Position numbers and translations under genes: made by a program. From a virus: 64,000 nucleotides of DNA. A model generated the notes under the pieces. That model did not search any database, had not been told where the DNA came from, and saw only the letters and a list, made by a program, of their open reading frames with translations. Positions 25,486 to 35,266 of this stretch are shown piece after piece (within the stretch, counting starts at the first letter, position 1; each line of letters starts with the position of its first letter). The DNA is taken from IMG/VR virus record IMGVR_UViG_3300012642_000011, positions 128,001 through 192,000 of that record, one strand, 5' to 3'.

Positions 25486-26787
25486 TTACTCGTCATCGAT
25501 ATCAAAATGTAAATCCAGATCTTTCAAGATCTCTTCATCTGTCTTCTTTTTTAGCGGATTTTCACCTGTCTGTTTCTCGACAAACTCAGCAAAGCCAGGA
25601 ATCATTTTGGCTATGCGGGCAGTATAATCTACTCTTGAGGCGTTTCTTGCAAGAGTTTGATCGTCCTTCAGCCTTCCCTCCTGTGCTTCCTTCATGAAAA
25701 ACGCCAAGTTTTTGGCGGCACGAGTATAATCCTTGTGCTCACTTTCGTCATAGAAACTTTCCTTGTGATCTCCTGAATATGGTAATCCCTCACCATCCCA
25801 GTTCTGCTTTCCGTTGATGACGATACTGTCTTTATTCCTGTGCTCATAGACGACAAAAGTTCTCGTGGAAGCATCAGGAGCCATGACCGTATAAGTAAGA
25901 CCGTTCTCTCTGCCGTTCTCCATGAAAGAGACGAATACATTGCCAATTCCTTGTTTGTCCATCTCTTCCTTTAGTTCCTTATGAGGAAAGCCGAAAGCAA
26001 GATATGCCTGTTGATTATCCTTTGTTTCTGCGACGATGCGATCTCGTGGCTGTAGATAAAAGATGCTTTCATAATGTTCTCCATTATCCATTCCTTCTGG
26101 GTGCATCTGATAATCATCATTCTCACCATTGACAATTCTCCCAATGGATTCCTGTACATATTTTTTCTCTTCGAGTTCTTTAACCTTCTTCTCCCCAAAG
26201 CCATAAGAGAAGAACTTTTCTACCGCTGCATCTGTTGAATGATCGAATCCAACCAATTTTTCATTCTTTTCGTATTCTGAAGAAAATCGTTGTGGAGTAT
26301 GGGATTTTCCCCATTGGGACATGATTTCCGTGCCAGCAATGTCTTTAATCTCTCGACTTCTTACACCAGGATCAGATGAACGCCAACTGTGTTGCCGAAT
26401 AGGAGGCTTCTGTTCAATTTGATTGTATTCCTTAATTGCTGTATCAAGGTCGCCTTTTCTTGCTGCTAGTACTGACTTTTCTGCGCGGAGAAGAGCAGCA
26501 TTGTCAAAAGAATCCCATTTCGTTGGATCTTTTTCAATATACTTCTTTTTAAAGTAGTGCATATCTGGGTTATCGCTTCCTTGTGGACGATCCAGAATCC
26601 TATTGAGAACCCTTTCTCTTGCGTTTTCGCTTAGTGCCTCCACCTCTTGCTTGAATTCAAAGTGTTCGCGTGCTTCCTCTTTTGAATCAAAATGATCTTT
26701 TTCCATGTCACCCATTCTACACTTACGCTTTGCAGGGCATTTTACTGCTGTTCCTTTGGCTGAAATATGGTATCTTTCTTTTTCCAT
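25486..26787 (-). CDS. N-module protein, 433 aa (minus strand)
   Basis: track ORF; N-term MEKERYHISAKGTAVKCPAKRKCRMGDMEKDHFDSKEEAREHFE fits the shared module; rest unassigned. Confidence 0.7.
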   Translation of the reverse strand: MEKERYHISAKGTAVKCPAKRKCRMGDMEKDHFDSKEEAREHFEFKQEVEALSENARERVLNRILDRPQGSDNPDMHYFKKKYIEKDPTKWDSFDNAALLRAEKSVLAARKGDLDTAIKEYNQIEQKPPIRQHSWRSSDPGVRSREIKDIAGTEIMSQWGKSHTPQRFSSEYEKNEKLVGFDHSTDAAVEKFFSYGFGEKKVKELEEKKYVQESIGRIVNGENDDYQMHPEGMDNGEHYESIFYLQPRDRIVAETKDNQQAYLAFGFPHKELKEEMDKQGIGNVFVSFMENGRENGLTYTVMAPDASTRTFVVYEHRNKDSIVINGKQNWDGEGLPYSGDHKESFYDESEHKDYTRAAKNLAFFMKEAQEGRLKDDQTLARNASRVDYTARIAKMIPGFAEFVEKQTGENPLKKKTDEEILKDLDLHFDIDDE

Positions 26788-26851
26788 CTTGCTCTCCTAT
26801 GTGAGTTCATATAGATACATTTCTCTCTATAAACATAATGGTAAGATATAC

Positions 26852-26881
26852 TTGACATCCTCATCATCGACGTGCTATGAT
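26852..26881 (+). promoter_or_regulatory. sigma70-type promoter (TTGACA-18-TGcTATGAT) upstream of tRNA-Thr
   Basis: ttgaca 26852-26857, tatgat 26876-26881. Confidence 0.5.
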
Positions 26882-26914
26882 GGTCATATCACGTCAACAC
26901 GAATGATGAAACAA

Positions 26915-26987
26915 GCCCGCATAGTTCAGTTGGTAGAACACTTTCTTGGTAAGAAAGAGGTCGTCGGTTCAATCCCGACTGCGGGAC
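26915..26987 (+). tRNA. tRNA-Thr (anticodon GGU)
   Basis: acceptor gcccgca/tgcggg(a) (position 1-72 G opposite A); anticodon stem ctttc/gaaag loop ttGGTaa; T-arm gtcgg-ttcaatc-ccgac; cca follows. Confidence 0.75.
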
Positions 26988-27020
26988 CAAAAGATATCTG
27001 ATCAACTTTGAGAGGTTATA

Positions 27021-27383
27021 ATGCGCGATTCACAGGAACCGTTGATGTCAGATGGGTGGAAGACCGCTTCACGAAAGAAAAAGAACACAAAGAAATGGTG
27101 CAAGGGCAAGGTCGGCGTAGAACATAAGCCAGTAGTAAAGATCAACGAAAAGATCCTTCTTGGCCGTCGCTCAAACTGCGAGTTCTTTGTAGACAACGAT
27201 TACGTGCAGAGCTTCTTAGATTGTGATCACCACGTTGTCTGTGAGGTGTGCAACAAGGAGTTGCAATGGCATCCTGATGTCTGCCCGATTACACAGAAGC
27301 CAATTTCAAATGAAATCACCGATCACAAGGAAAGACTTCTAACTCAAGGGATATCTAAAGTTCTCCACTATAGAGAAGTTTAA
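27021..27383 (+). CDS. Cys/His-rich hypothetical protein (possible zinc-binding, 120 aa)
   Basis: track ORF; cluster NCEFF...CDHHVVCEVC...CPI. Confidence 0.5.
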   Translation: MRDSQEPLMSDGWKTASRKKKNTKKWCKGKVGVEHKPVVKINEKILLGRRSNCEFFVDNDYVQSFLDCDHHVVCEVCNKELQWHPDVCPITQKPISNEITDHKERLLTQGISKVLHYREV

Positions 27384-27527
27384 GTACTAAACAATAAGAT
27401 CATCAGTTCAAATCTAGTCACCCTGCTATCGTTCTCATAAGATACAAGTGTCATCTCTACATTGATTAACCTATTACGATGGTAATTTTTAGAGAAGAGT
27501 GATGAGAAAACAGCAGGTGATAAGAAC

Positions 27528-28541
27528 ATGAAATACCATATTGATGATAATGGGACACCAAAAGTATGTGATGCTTCTTATGATAACTGTCCTTATGGGG
27601 CTGATGCTCCACACTTTGACAATAAGGCAGATGCTCACCAATACTATGAGAAGATCAATACGTCAGAGGAGATTCCTTCTGGACTGTCAAAGAAAAAGTC
27701 AAAGTCTCCTATGATGGTCTCTGTTTACAGAGCAGGCAGAATGAGTCCAGCCAGTGCTGAAGAGAGTTTTGAAGATCTAGAAAGGGTCAAGAAACTCTTT
27801 GATGATCGTGCCCCAGAAGGGAGGCAGAAAAGATCAGGAGCACTTTTCGCCAGTCCTGATTTAAAATCACATTCCAGATGGGTCGGCAGTTCTGGCCCTG
27901 CATCATTGACCAGTCATGAGTTTAAAGTAGATGCGAATAATGTATATATTTACAATGTCAATCTTTACGAGAATGCGTCTTATACGGATGAATCGGAAAG
28001 CATTGAAACTGTAAATAAAATGATTGATGATTATTGGAATTCTGGAATGACTCTTGCCCAATGGCATCAGATGTCCGAAGAGGAAAAGGGTGATTATGGC
28101 TCATGGGAGATTCTTCTTCCTTCAGATCGGGAATACAAAACTAAGAAAGTTCCTAATAAAACAGTAATCACTGAATCTGATCCTTCCCTATCAAATCAAC
28201 TCAATTGGTCTTTAGAGAGAAAACGAGCCAGAAATGGACTTATATGGAGAAAATCTCACCTATCAGAAGATGATTATCAGCAGGTAAAACAATCTCTTTC
28301 ATCAGAGAATATTGATGAAGAATTCATTGAAGACATGGAGAGCATTCATAGATCAAATGCTTACAGGGTTGAGGATTTGTATTCCGCAAGAATGGAAATC
28401 TACAACAAGTACAAGAACATCAGAAAGAAAAAAGATGACATAATACCCAATTACAGTCAGATCAATGACGGACAGAAGGAGGAGTTCTTCAATAAGGTTG
28501 AGGTCTATTTCAAGAAAACTGATGATTTTTCACATACATGA
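27528..28541 (+). CDS. N-module protein, 337 aa
   Basis: track ORF; N-term MKYHIDDNGTPKVCDASYDNCPYGADAPHFDNKADAHQYYE; its last 13 codons are duplicated downstream at 30724-30765. Confidence 0.7.
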   Translation: MKYHIDDNGTPKVCDASYDNCPYGADAPHFDNKADAHQYYEKINTSEEIPSGLSKKKSKSPMMVSVYRAGRMSPASAEESFEDLERVKKLFDDRAPEGRQKRSGALFASPDLKSHSRWVGSSGPASLTSHEFKVDANNVYIYNVNLYENASYTDESESIETVNKMIDDYWNSGMTLAQWHQMSEEEKGDYGSWEILLPSDREYKTKKVPNKTVITESDPSLSNQLNWSLERKRARNGLIWRKSHLSEDDYQQVKQSLSSENIDEEFIEDMESIHRSNAYRVEDLYSARMEIYNKYKNIRKKKDDIIPNYSQINDGQKEEFFNKVEVYFKKTDDFSHT

Positions 28542-28542
28542 G
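28501..28542 (+). repeat. left copy of 42-bp direct repeat flanking the surface-protein cassette
   Basis: aggtctatttcaagaaaactgatgatttttcacatacatgag; 41/42 identical to 30724-30765. Confidence 0.7.
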
Positions 28543-28641
28543 TAAGAATTATCGGATTATATTAAATCTTTTTATTTCATATAATCCAATAGCCTCCGAT
28601 ATTCCTTAATGCCATCTTAGTTTATCATAGGAGAATATGAT

Positions 28642-30567
28642 ATGAAAAACATAAAACTCAAAAAGATATCTGCTGCTGTAGTAATCTCATTTGCATCAGC
28701 AGGATTTTTGACTACTGCCAACGCCCCTGGCGCTTTCGCTCTTCCTGATTCTCAAGACAATGTTAATTCCAGCAATATCGTTGATACTGGTGGTCACGTT
28801 GATGTCACAGGAATCAACGCTACAGTTAACGACAATGATACTGTAACATATAAGTATCAAGTTTCTGTTCTTCCTATGATGTCTTCAGATCATGGTCAGA
28901 CTTCATCTGTTTTCAAGATGAGTGTCCCCCAATTTGTAGAGCAAGATCAGGTGAAGTTCACTCTGGTCGGAACATATGACTCTTCTGTTCACATTGACAA
29001 TGTAGATGGAATTAGTGTGCCTGCTACGGAAATCACAAGAGTCAACAGACCTCTTGATGTCTTCAGCGATCGTAATCTACTTTCCTACTATGATGATAAA
29101 ACTGGTAGTAGTAAAGCTAGTCATCAAATCCCCACTACTGATCAAATTCAACTTGAACTCGATAGTGGTTTAACGTCCATGCCGAATGCTGTCTTCTACA
29201 CACCTGCTGGCATTTTATATGAATCTTCAGAGGGACCAACTGAACCAACAGATAGCATGAACCGTTACTATATAGCAAGCAGCTTCGTTAAGCCAGTTGT
29301 CATGGAAGTAGAGATTACTGTTCCTCTAGATGCCGCTCAAACATATAAGACCGTCCCACTTCGAGTAGAGAATTTTACTAGGGCTTTTGAAACAGGCAGC
29401 GCAGAGACTGCCGAAGGAGCACAAAGATTCGATATCGCTCCATATCGATTCTGGGATGACTCAATTAAACAACTGGTCGAAGATTTCCCTGACCAATATG
29501 CAAATCTCCCCTATGTTGATGACTGGATGAGTCCTTTAACCCATCCTGAATTGATTGATGCTGCTTCTGTTCTTCCATCAGGGCTGATGGGAGTCTCTAC
29601 GTGTACTCCTACTAAACCATCTGCGTTCGGTACTATCGGCTATGACATTGCTGCCAGTGCATTCAGCTATGTTAATACCTTCGCCCTTGAAACACATCCA
29701 TATGCTAGTTTTTTGACCACTAAGAATGAAGACATGTGTGATCAGGATGCTATCATAAGCACCCAACTGTTCACTCCTGAAGCCACTGATGATTCATCAA
29801 CTGCTCCACAGGGTCAGTCTGTTGATATAGATGTTCTTAGCAATGACACTCCATCAAATGTAGACCTTGATCCTACTACTCTCAAATTGGTAGATGCAAA
29901 TGATGACCCTGTAGATACCTTGGTTGTTGATGGAGAAGGAACATGGACAGTCGTAGATGGTCGTTTGAATTTTACTCCACTCGCTGATTTCACAGGAGAA
30001 ACTACACCTGTTTCATACATTGTGAAAGATATGAACGGAAATTCAACTACTGCTAACGTTATGGTTACTGTAACTCCTGCGGTAACACCAGAGCCAACTC
30101 CAACACCAGAACCTACAAATCCTGTAGTAACACCAGAGCCAACTCCAACACCAGAACCAACAAATCCTGTAGTAACACCAGAACCAACACCCACACCAGA
30201 ACCAACAGACCCTGTAGTAACACCAGAACCAACACCAACACCAGAACCAACAAATCCTGTAGTAACACCAGAACCAACACCCACACCAGAACCAACAAAT
30301 CCTGTAGTAACACCAGAACCAACACCCACACCAGAACCAACAGACCCTGTAGTAACACCTACCACATCGGTAGTGGTATCAGATCCTACTACAGAGCCTG
30401 TGAAAACAGAAACTCCTCAGTCTGACAGCGTTCTGATTAAGACCGGAGAATCTGTAAAGAACGATAATCAGAATCTTCTTATGGCTGGTGTTCTTTCAGG
30501 TCTGGGAGTTTTGGGATTTATTGGATCTACTCTCGGAATCAGTCGTTTCAGGAAGAATAAGGCATGA
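28642..30567 (+). CDS. secreted cell-wall-anchored surface protein (signal peptide, PT-rich tandem repeats, LPxTG-like LIKTG sorting signal)
   Basis: 641-aa ORF; N-term [33 protein letters not shown]; seven ([15 protein letters not shown]) repeats; C-term LIKTGE + hydrophobic 24 aa + RFRKNKA. Confidence 0.75.
   Translation: MKNIKLKKISAAVVISFASAGFLTTANAPGAFALPDSQDNVNSSNIVDTGGHVDVTGINATVNDNDTVTYKYQVSVLPMMSSDHGQTSSVFKMSVPQFVEQDQVKFTLVGTYDSSVHIDNVDGISVPATEITRVNRPLDVFSDRNLLSYYDDKTGSSKASHQIPTTDQIQLELDSGLTSMPNAVFYTPAGILYESSEGPTEPTDSMNRYYIASSFVKPVVMEVEITVPLDAAQTYKTVPLRVENFTRAFETGSAETAEGAQRFDIAPYRFWDDSIKQLVEDFPDQYANLPYVDDWMSPLTHPELIDAASVLPSGLMGVSTCTPTKPSAFGTIGYDIAASAFSYVNTFALETHPYASFLTTKNEDMCDQDAIISTQLFTPEATDDSSTAPQGQSVDIDVLSNDTPSNVDLDPTTLKLVDANDDPVDTLVVDGEGTWTVVDGRLNFTPLADFTGETTPVSYIVKDMNGNSTTANVMVTVTPAVTPEPTPTPEPTNPVVTPEPTPTPEPTNPVVTPEPTPTPEPTDPVVTPEPTPTPEPTNPVVTPEPTPTPEPTNPVVTPEPTPTPEPTDPVVTPTTSVVVSDPTTEPVKTETPQSDSVLIKTGESVKNDNQNLLMAGVLSGLGVLGFIGSTLGISRFRKNKA
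30079..30360 (+). repeat. 45-bp tandem repeat x about 6.5 (encodes the PT linker)
   Basis: unit acaccagaaccaacacc(c/a)acaccagaaccaaca(a/g)a(t/c)cctgtagta repeated head-to-tail; the minus-strand GVG-repeat ORFs in the track are its artefact. Confidence 0.8.
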
Positions 30568-30723
30568 AATAATCGATTATTTAGTTCTTAATCCTGAATA
30601 ATTAGAACAACTGGTGGTAGCAGAAGATCAATTTGTTACCACCAGTTGTTTTTCATCAAGTACTTTGTAAATATTTGATCTCTTGAATACAGTACTTGAC
30701 ATCGATGAAAAGAAAAGATCTTT

Positions 30724-30765
30724 AGGTCTATTTCAAGAAAAATGATGATTTTTCACATACATGAA
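30724..30765 (+). repeat. right copy of 42-bp direct repeat flanking the surface-protein cassette
   Basis: aggtctatttcaagaaaaatgatgatttttcacatacatgaag. Confidence 0.7.
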
Positions 30766-30901
30766 GTGATTTTACTTAATATGGAATCTATCGATTTTTA
30801 GTTCACCAAATATGGCAAGGATGCTCCATGCTGAAGCACGGAGCAGGATGTCAACCAACAATTTCCAACAACTTGTTTTAACTGTTGCTACCAGTATAAA
30901 A

Positions 30902-30942
30902 ACCTTTCTTTTGATAGATTAGTTCTATGACAAAAGAAAGGT
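30902..30942. terminator. hairpin terminator, same motif as 25387-25427
   Basis: acctttctttt-gatagattagttctatgac-aaaagaaaggt. Confidence 0.5.
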
Positions 30943-30948
30943 GTTCTC

Positions 30949-31662
30949 ATGCGTGTAGTCCATGGCCTCTGTGAAGCAAGGTATTCAGGAAGAGGAGACA
31001 CTGTTCTTCCGCTTTTTGAGAGAATGATTCTTTTAAAACAAGATGGAACTGTTGCTATTCATAGTAATACCAGTCTCAAGCCATTGAATTACATGAACGG
31101 TGGTGCCAAAGGCAGCATGGTGGAAACAATGGATGCTTTTGGCAGAAAAGTATGGATCTTTGAGAACTCTAAAGAAAACTTGACTATTACTTTTGACAGA
31201 ATTTTTTCTGACATGAGCATGGACATTCCTGAAGGAGACCCTGGCCTTGAGTATGATGGCACAGAAGATCAGATTCAAGAATTTTTGAGCAATAACATTA
31301 ATATTCTTAATGAAAACTTCGATTTTGTCCAACGTGAATACAGGACAGACAACGGCCCTGTTGACTTGCTTGCTTTCGATAGGGCAACTGGCAAGCATGT
31401 TCTCATTGAAGTCAAAAGAGTTGCCACTATGTCTGCACTTCATCAATTGAAGAGATATTGTGATGGTGTGACGGATTTTGAAGAGTTTGATTCTCTGTTG
31501 GTTGCTTTAGATGTTAGGCCAAAGACTAGAGAGAAAGCACTGAAGATGGGAACACCATGGATACAGTTGAGAAAAGACGATGTTCATATTGGTTGCTTCA
31601 TTGTTGATGAGACATCAGAAGACAGTATGAATGTAGAAGATAATCCCACTTTGCCATTATGA
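30949..31662 (+). CDS. NucS/EndoMS-like endonuclease
   Basis: 237-aa ORF; N-term MRVVHGLCEARYSGRGDTVLPLFERMILLKQDGTVAIHS and C-terminal PD-(D/E)xK core PVDLLAFDRATGKHVLIEVKR match the NucS pattern. Confidence 0.6.
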   Translation: MRVVHGLCEARYSGRGDTVLPLFERMILLKQDGTVAIHSNTSLKPLNYMNGGAKGSMVETMDAFGRKVWIFENSKENLTITFDRIFSDMSMDIPEGDPGLEYDGTEDQIQEFLSNNINILNENFDFVQREYRTDNGPVDLLAFDRATGKHVLIEVKRVATMSALHQLKRYCDGVTDFEEFDSLLVALDVRPKTREKALKMGTPWIQLRKDDVHIGCFIVDETSEDSMNVEDNPTLPL

Positions 31663-31735
31663 AGACTGATTGATGCAGAGTAACTCTCCAATACCCTCAT
31701 CTTTGCTATGATCTCATCAGAGCATATAAAGCCAA

Positions 31736-32170
31736 ATGATCAGGAAGAAAACAATGATTCAGAACTCCTTAAGGTATATTTCAAACAACGCCAACTATGA
31801 TCCCCCTGTTATCACACCTGTGACGATTTCTGAATTGACTCATGGAAAACTGAATAGGTCCAAAGAAGGAATAAATGTCATCTGCAAGGACATTAACACA
31901 GACATCTTATGTAACTCTGTAGAAGCATACAAAGCACACGTATCAAGGAAAGCAAAAGGGATGAAACCAAGAAACCTCTACAATGTTGGAGGTCAGCCGG
32001 GCATTAAATTGATTTTTGACATCGATGTAGATTCTGTTCACTCCTTTGCGAATGACTTTGATCTGATAGACAGGTTGACTGATTTCTTTGAAACGGCATA
32101 CTATTACTCTATCGAACAGTTTTTCCATCCTCCTAACTGTCGATGTTTTTTCTTATCTTTTTTGATATAA
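31736..32170 (+). CDS. 5' part of an archaeo-eukaryotic-primase-like gene interrupted by an IS607-family element
   Basis: 144-aa ORF with IKLIFDIDVD (hhFDIDxD catalytic motif); reading frame runs into the IS left end. Confidence 0.4.
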   Translation: MIRKKTMIQNSLRYISNNANYDPPVITPVTISELTHGKLNRSKEGINVICKDINTDILCNSVEAYKAHVSRKAKGMKPRNLYNVGGQPGIKLIFDIDVDSVHSFANDFDLIDRLTDFFETAYYYSIEQFFHPPNCRCFFLSFLI

Positions 32171-32174
32171 TATA

Positions 32175-32801
32175 ATGATACAAGAGGGAGTTGAAATGAT
32201 GAGTCAGAGAATGCGTATTGGTGAAGCGTGTGAGTACTTGGGTATTCACCAGCAAACTATGAGAAAATATGTAAAACAGGGAAAAATTCCCTGCTCCTAC
32301 AATGACGCAGGACAAAGAATCTTCCTTCTTGAAGACCTCAAAAAATTCATTGGCGAACCCGTATCGCAAGAAAAATACTCCCCAATCTTCTATGTTCGAT
32401 CATCAGACGGAGACAAAAAACTCATCCAAAAACAGATCGAACTTCTCACCGAAAAATATGGTGAGCACCCCGTCATCAAAGACACGGGATCAGGACTCAA
32501 CGAAAAAAGACAAGGACTACAAAGACTCATAAAACTCGCCAAGAAAAGAGAAATATCCCACATCTACATCACCCACCAAGACCGACTCACCCGATTCGGA
32601 TTCACCTACCTACAAGAACTCTTCACAGCATACGGAGTAGAAATCCACACTCTCAACCCAAAGAAAAACAACACACCACACGAAGAACTCATGCAAGACT
32701 TCATGAGCCTCATCGCAAGTTTCAGCGGACGCTTCTACAGAATGAGAAGCAAAGAAAACCAAAGAAAACTCCTTGAAAAAGCAGCAAAAGAGGTCGCATG
32801 A
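32175..32801 (+). CDS. tnpA: IS607-type transposase TnpA (MerR-like HTH + serine recombinase catalytic domain)
   Basis: 208 aa; HTH MRIGEACEYLGIHQQTMRKYVKQGKIP; catalytic IFYVRSSDGD and THQDRLTRFG. Confidence 0.8.
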   Translation: MIQEGVEMMSQRMRIGEACEYLGIHQQTMRKYVKQGKIPCSYNDAGQRIFLLEDLKKFIGEPVSQEKYSPIFYVRSSDGDKKLIQKQIELLTEKYGEHPVIKDTGSGLNEKRQGLQRLIKLAKKREISHIYITHQDRLTRFGFTYLQELFTAYGVEIHTLNPKKNNTPHEELMQDFMSLIASFSGRFYRMRSKENQRKLLEKAAKEVA

Positions 32802-34372
32802 AAAACAGCATCTATCGTGGACTCACCCTACCCCTCCAAGAATACTACCGAATTATAAGAGGGAAGAAAAACTCGGAGTACTCACCTGTCAACAATCAAG
32901 AAGTCATGGACAAGATCGGTAAAACCATAACGATTGTAAAAGACTGCGTAAAATGGGGGATCAACACCCCACAAAATGCAGAATACTACAAAGCCATCAA
33001 CAGCGGAGCACACCCAGAAACCGGCGAACAATTACCCACTAACCTCAATGAGCAAGCCCGCATTCTCAATCATAAGTACCAAGAATACTTACCGGAAGAA
33101 ATGAAAGGGAAATCCATTGTTGAACGTATGATCGGTCACAATCTTCTCGAACTTGAAAGCGCCTTTGGGAAGAAACTCAAAGCAATACATGGAGAAGAAT
33201 ACATTTCTCAAGGATGGGCGCGAACCATCAATAGCGTACTCCCACAACCCAGCGCAAAAATTAACATTGGTAGCACGAACAATGTCTACTCTTCCCAAAA
33301 AGTCGAGGAAAATAAAATTATTCTCGACATGATCTGCTACGATAACTGGTATCGACTTATTTTTACAATTCCTGAGAATTATCAAAAGACCGACTACAGT
33401 AAGATCTCAAAACCGTTGATTACGCTGAACGATCAAGGCGAGATGAAGTTCTATTTCAGTTTTGAATATGATCGTTATTATCCTGAAATCAGCGATCAGT
33501 ATGTTATTGGTGTTGATGTGGGCGTTGTAAAACCAATTGTTCTTAGCGTTATTGAGATCAAAACTGGAAGAATCGTTGCTTCTCATGAATCAACGCCACT
33601 GATTGATTCTCTGGTTCACGATATCAAGCAGACTCAGGAGCAGATCACGAACCTCTACAAAAAGGTTGAGAAATATATTAAAAATGGCGATTACCCTGCT
33701 TATGATAGAGCAATGACCGAAATCCAGCAGGAGCGTTTGGGATTGTCTCGTAAGAGGAAGGAGATGGCGAAGCGTATTGGTCAGTTTGTATCGGATATTG
33801 CTTGTGCTTGGGGCGATCCTGTGATTGCTGTTGAGGATCTTGGTTGGGTTCGCAATACGATGCAGAATGGTCGTTGGAATCGTGGTGAGATTGTGAATTG
33901 GGTGGAGCATTATGCGAATCTTGACGGGAGACTGTGTTATCGTGTGAATGCTGCTCATACTTCATCCACGTGTTGTCTTTGTGGTAGTAAGGGTTATTTT
34001 TCATCTGGTCGGGTTTTCAATTGTTCTTCTTGCGGTGAGAGAATCGATAGAGATGAAAATGCTGCGGCAAATATTGGCAAAAGAGTGATCAATAGCGCCC
34101 TGAAATCAAGCAAAACGAGAAAGAAAAGAAGGAAAGAAAAATGCATTACTGAACAATCTAAGCGTAGGTCACCAGTGAATAGGGGCGCTAAGAATCGCCC
34201 CACTCCTGTTCGTCCTGCTAAGAAGAAAAAGAAAACAGTTCTGAAAAGACAAGAAAAAGTAAAAGATTTTGGTTCCTGTACTAAGGGTAGTATGGGGTTC
34301 GAGAGAGCAGATTCTTCAAAGAACACCCTCACGGGTAACCACAACAATCTTACCATTACTCAAAAAGAGTAA
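32798..34372 (+). CDS. tnpB: TnpB (OrfB, RuvC-like nuclease with C-terminal zinc finger)
   Basis: 524 aa; C-terminus CCLCGSKGYFSSGRVFNCSSCGERIDRDENAAANIG is the TnpB/Cas12-like zinc finger + RuvC-III motif. Confidence 0.85.
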   Translation: MKNSIYRGLTLPLQEYYRIIRGKKNSEYSPVNNQEVMDKIGKTITIVKDCVKWGINTPQNAEYYKAINSGAHPETGEQLPTNLNEQARILNHKYQEYLPEEMKGKSIVERMIGHNLLELESAFGKKLKAIHGEEYISQGWARTINSVLPQPSAKINIGSTNNVYSSQKVEENKIILDMICYDNWYRLIFTIPENYQKTDYSKISKPLITLNDQGEMKFYFSFEYDRYYPEISDQYVIGVDVGVVKPIVLSVIEIKTGRIVASHESTPLIDSLVHDIKQTQEQITNLYKKVEKYIKNGDYPAYDRAMTEIQQERLGLSRKRKEMAKRIGQFVSDIACAWGDPVIAVEDLGWVRNTMQNGRWNRGEIVNWVEHYANLDGRLCYRVNAAHTSSTCCLCGSKGYFSSGRVFNCSSCGERIDRDENAAANIGKRVINSALKSSKTRKKRRKEKCITEQSKRRSPVNRGAKNRPTPVRPAKKKKKTVLKRQEKVKDFGSCTKGSMGFERADSSKNTLTGNHNNLTITQKE

Positions 34373-34709
34373 AGAAAAGATTGACCCTATAAGTTTCACC
34401 TTTGGAGAGAATCAAGATGGAAGCCCTGTTCATATTGTGACCACATCTTTCAACACTTATAGTGGTCCTTCTAGGATCAGGAAGAACAATGCGTTTTTCA
34501 ACGTCAATACTGGTGATTCTGATAATGACGATTCCCCTTTGAATCGCAAAGATATCGCTATAGAAGAATTGCTGATCTGGATCAAGCAGGGAAATCACAA
34601 GAAGGCAAAGAATGATTGCACAGAGAATGACTTCAAGATGATCCCGTGGTAATCACACATCTACGTAAGATGCTTCTCAAGAGATTCTTGAACTCAACAG
34701 GGAAGCAAG

Positions 34710-34738
34710 TTGACATGATGGCATACATCTGATATGAT
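34710..34738 (+). promoter_or_regulatory. sigma70-type promoter (TTGACA-17-TATGAT)
   Basis: ttgaca 34710-34715, tatgat 34733-34738; drives the tRNA-like gene at 34822. Confidence 0.5.
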
Positions 34739-34821
34739 GATGTCATCAACACGTTCAGAACGTATTTGATGTTTGATAACTTAATTGCCGATCTTTCTTA
34801 CACATTATTGTAAGAAACACT

Positions 34822-34896
34822 TAGGGTATGGAATTAATGGTATTTCGTCGTACTCAAGGTTATTACGAAGATACGGGTTCGATTCCCGTTACTCTA
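34822..34896 (+). tRNA. tRNA-like gene with 11-nt anticodon loop (non-canonical)
   Basis: acceptor tagggta/tactcta (7/7 with one G:U), D-stem gaat/attt, T-arm acggg-ttcgatt-cccgt, 75 nt; the only stem in the anticodon region is tcgta/tacga enclosing ctcaaggttat (11 nt). Confidence 0.4.
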
Positions 34897-35031
34897 TCTC
34901 GTCCCGATGCCTCTGGTCTCTTTGGAGATTATGCACACTTCGTGGTCACTGGTGGCACTTGATCAATGCTGTCAAACCTGATCTATGAGTAGTCATAGGT
35001 TGGACTTCAACTTGTTCATTAGAAGGTATTC

Positions 35032-35060
35032 TTGACATGGTGAAAACTGTGTGGTATACT
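35032..35060 (+). promoter_or_regulatory. sigma70-type promoter (TTGACA-17-TGgTATACT)
   Basis: ttgaca 35032-35037, tatact 35055-35060; transcript enters a hairpin-rich leader then the Sec-like tRNA. Confidence 0.5.
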
Positions 35061-35137
35061 TGATGATGTACAGTGGTTGTCCCGCTCTCCATGTGAGATG
35101 TCGGGCATCTTGGTACCTATGAAAACATGGGTACCAC

Positions 35138-35220
35138 GTGCGCTTGCTGAGTAGATGGTTCTGCTGGCGGTCTGCAAAACCGTTGCGAAAGCCGAAGGGG
35201 TTCGATTCTCCCAAGCGCGT
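35138..35220 (+). tRNA. tRNA-Sec-like / allo-tRNA-type fold carrying a Cys GCA anticodon
   Basis: 9-bp acceptor gtgcgcttg/caagcgcgt (two G:U); 6-bp D-stem agtaga/tctgct with 4-nt loop tggt; 6-bp anticodon stem ggcggt/accgtt loop ctGCAaa; 12-nt V-arm gcgaaagccgaa; 4-bp T-stem gggg/ctcc with ttcgatt. Confidence 0.55.
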
Positions 35221-35266
35221 CGAGATTGTAGTACATTGAGTGGTCTTGATGTACTACAATTATAAT

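Larger units (their letters stand above)
32120..34390 (+). mobile_element. IS607-family insertion sequence (tnpA serine recombinase + tnpB)
   Basis: two overlapping ORFs (ATGA) with the IS607 gene order; boundaries approximate, no terminal inverted repeats seen (typical of this family). Confidence 0.7.

Noticed and set aside
29814-30365. Minus-strand ORFs encoding GVG/LVL repeats
   Set aside because: They are the reverse-strand artefact of the 45-bp tandem repeat inside the surface-protein gene.
33089-34356. Several minus-strand ORFs (98-122 aa) inside tnpB
   Set aside because: They are embedded antisense to a well-supported TnpB reading frame. They are low-complexity and lack RBSs.
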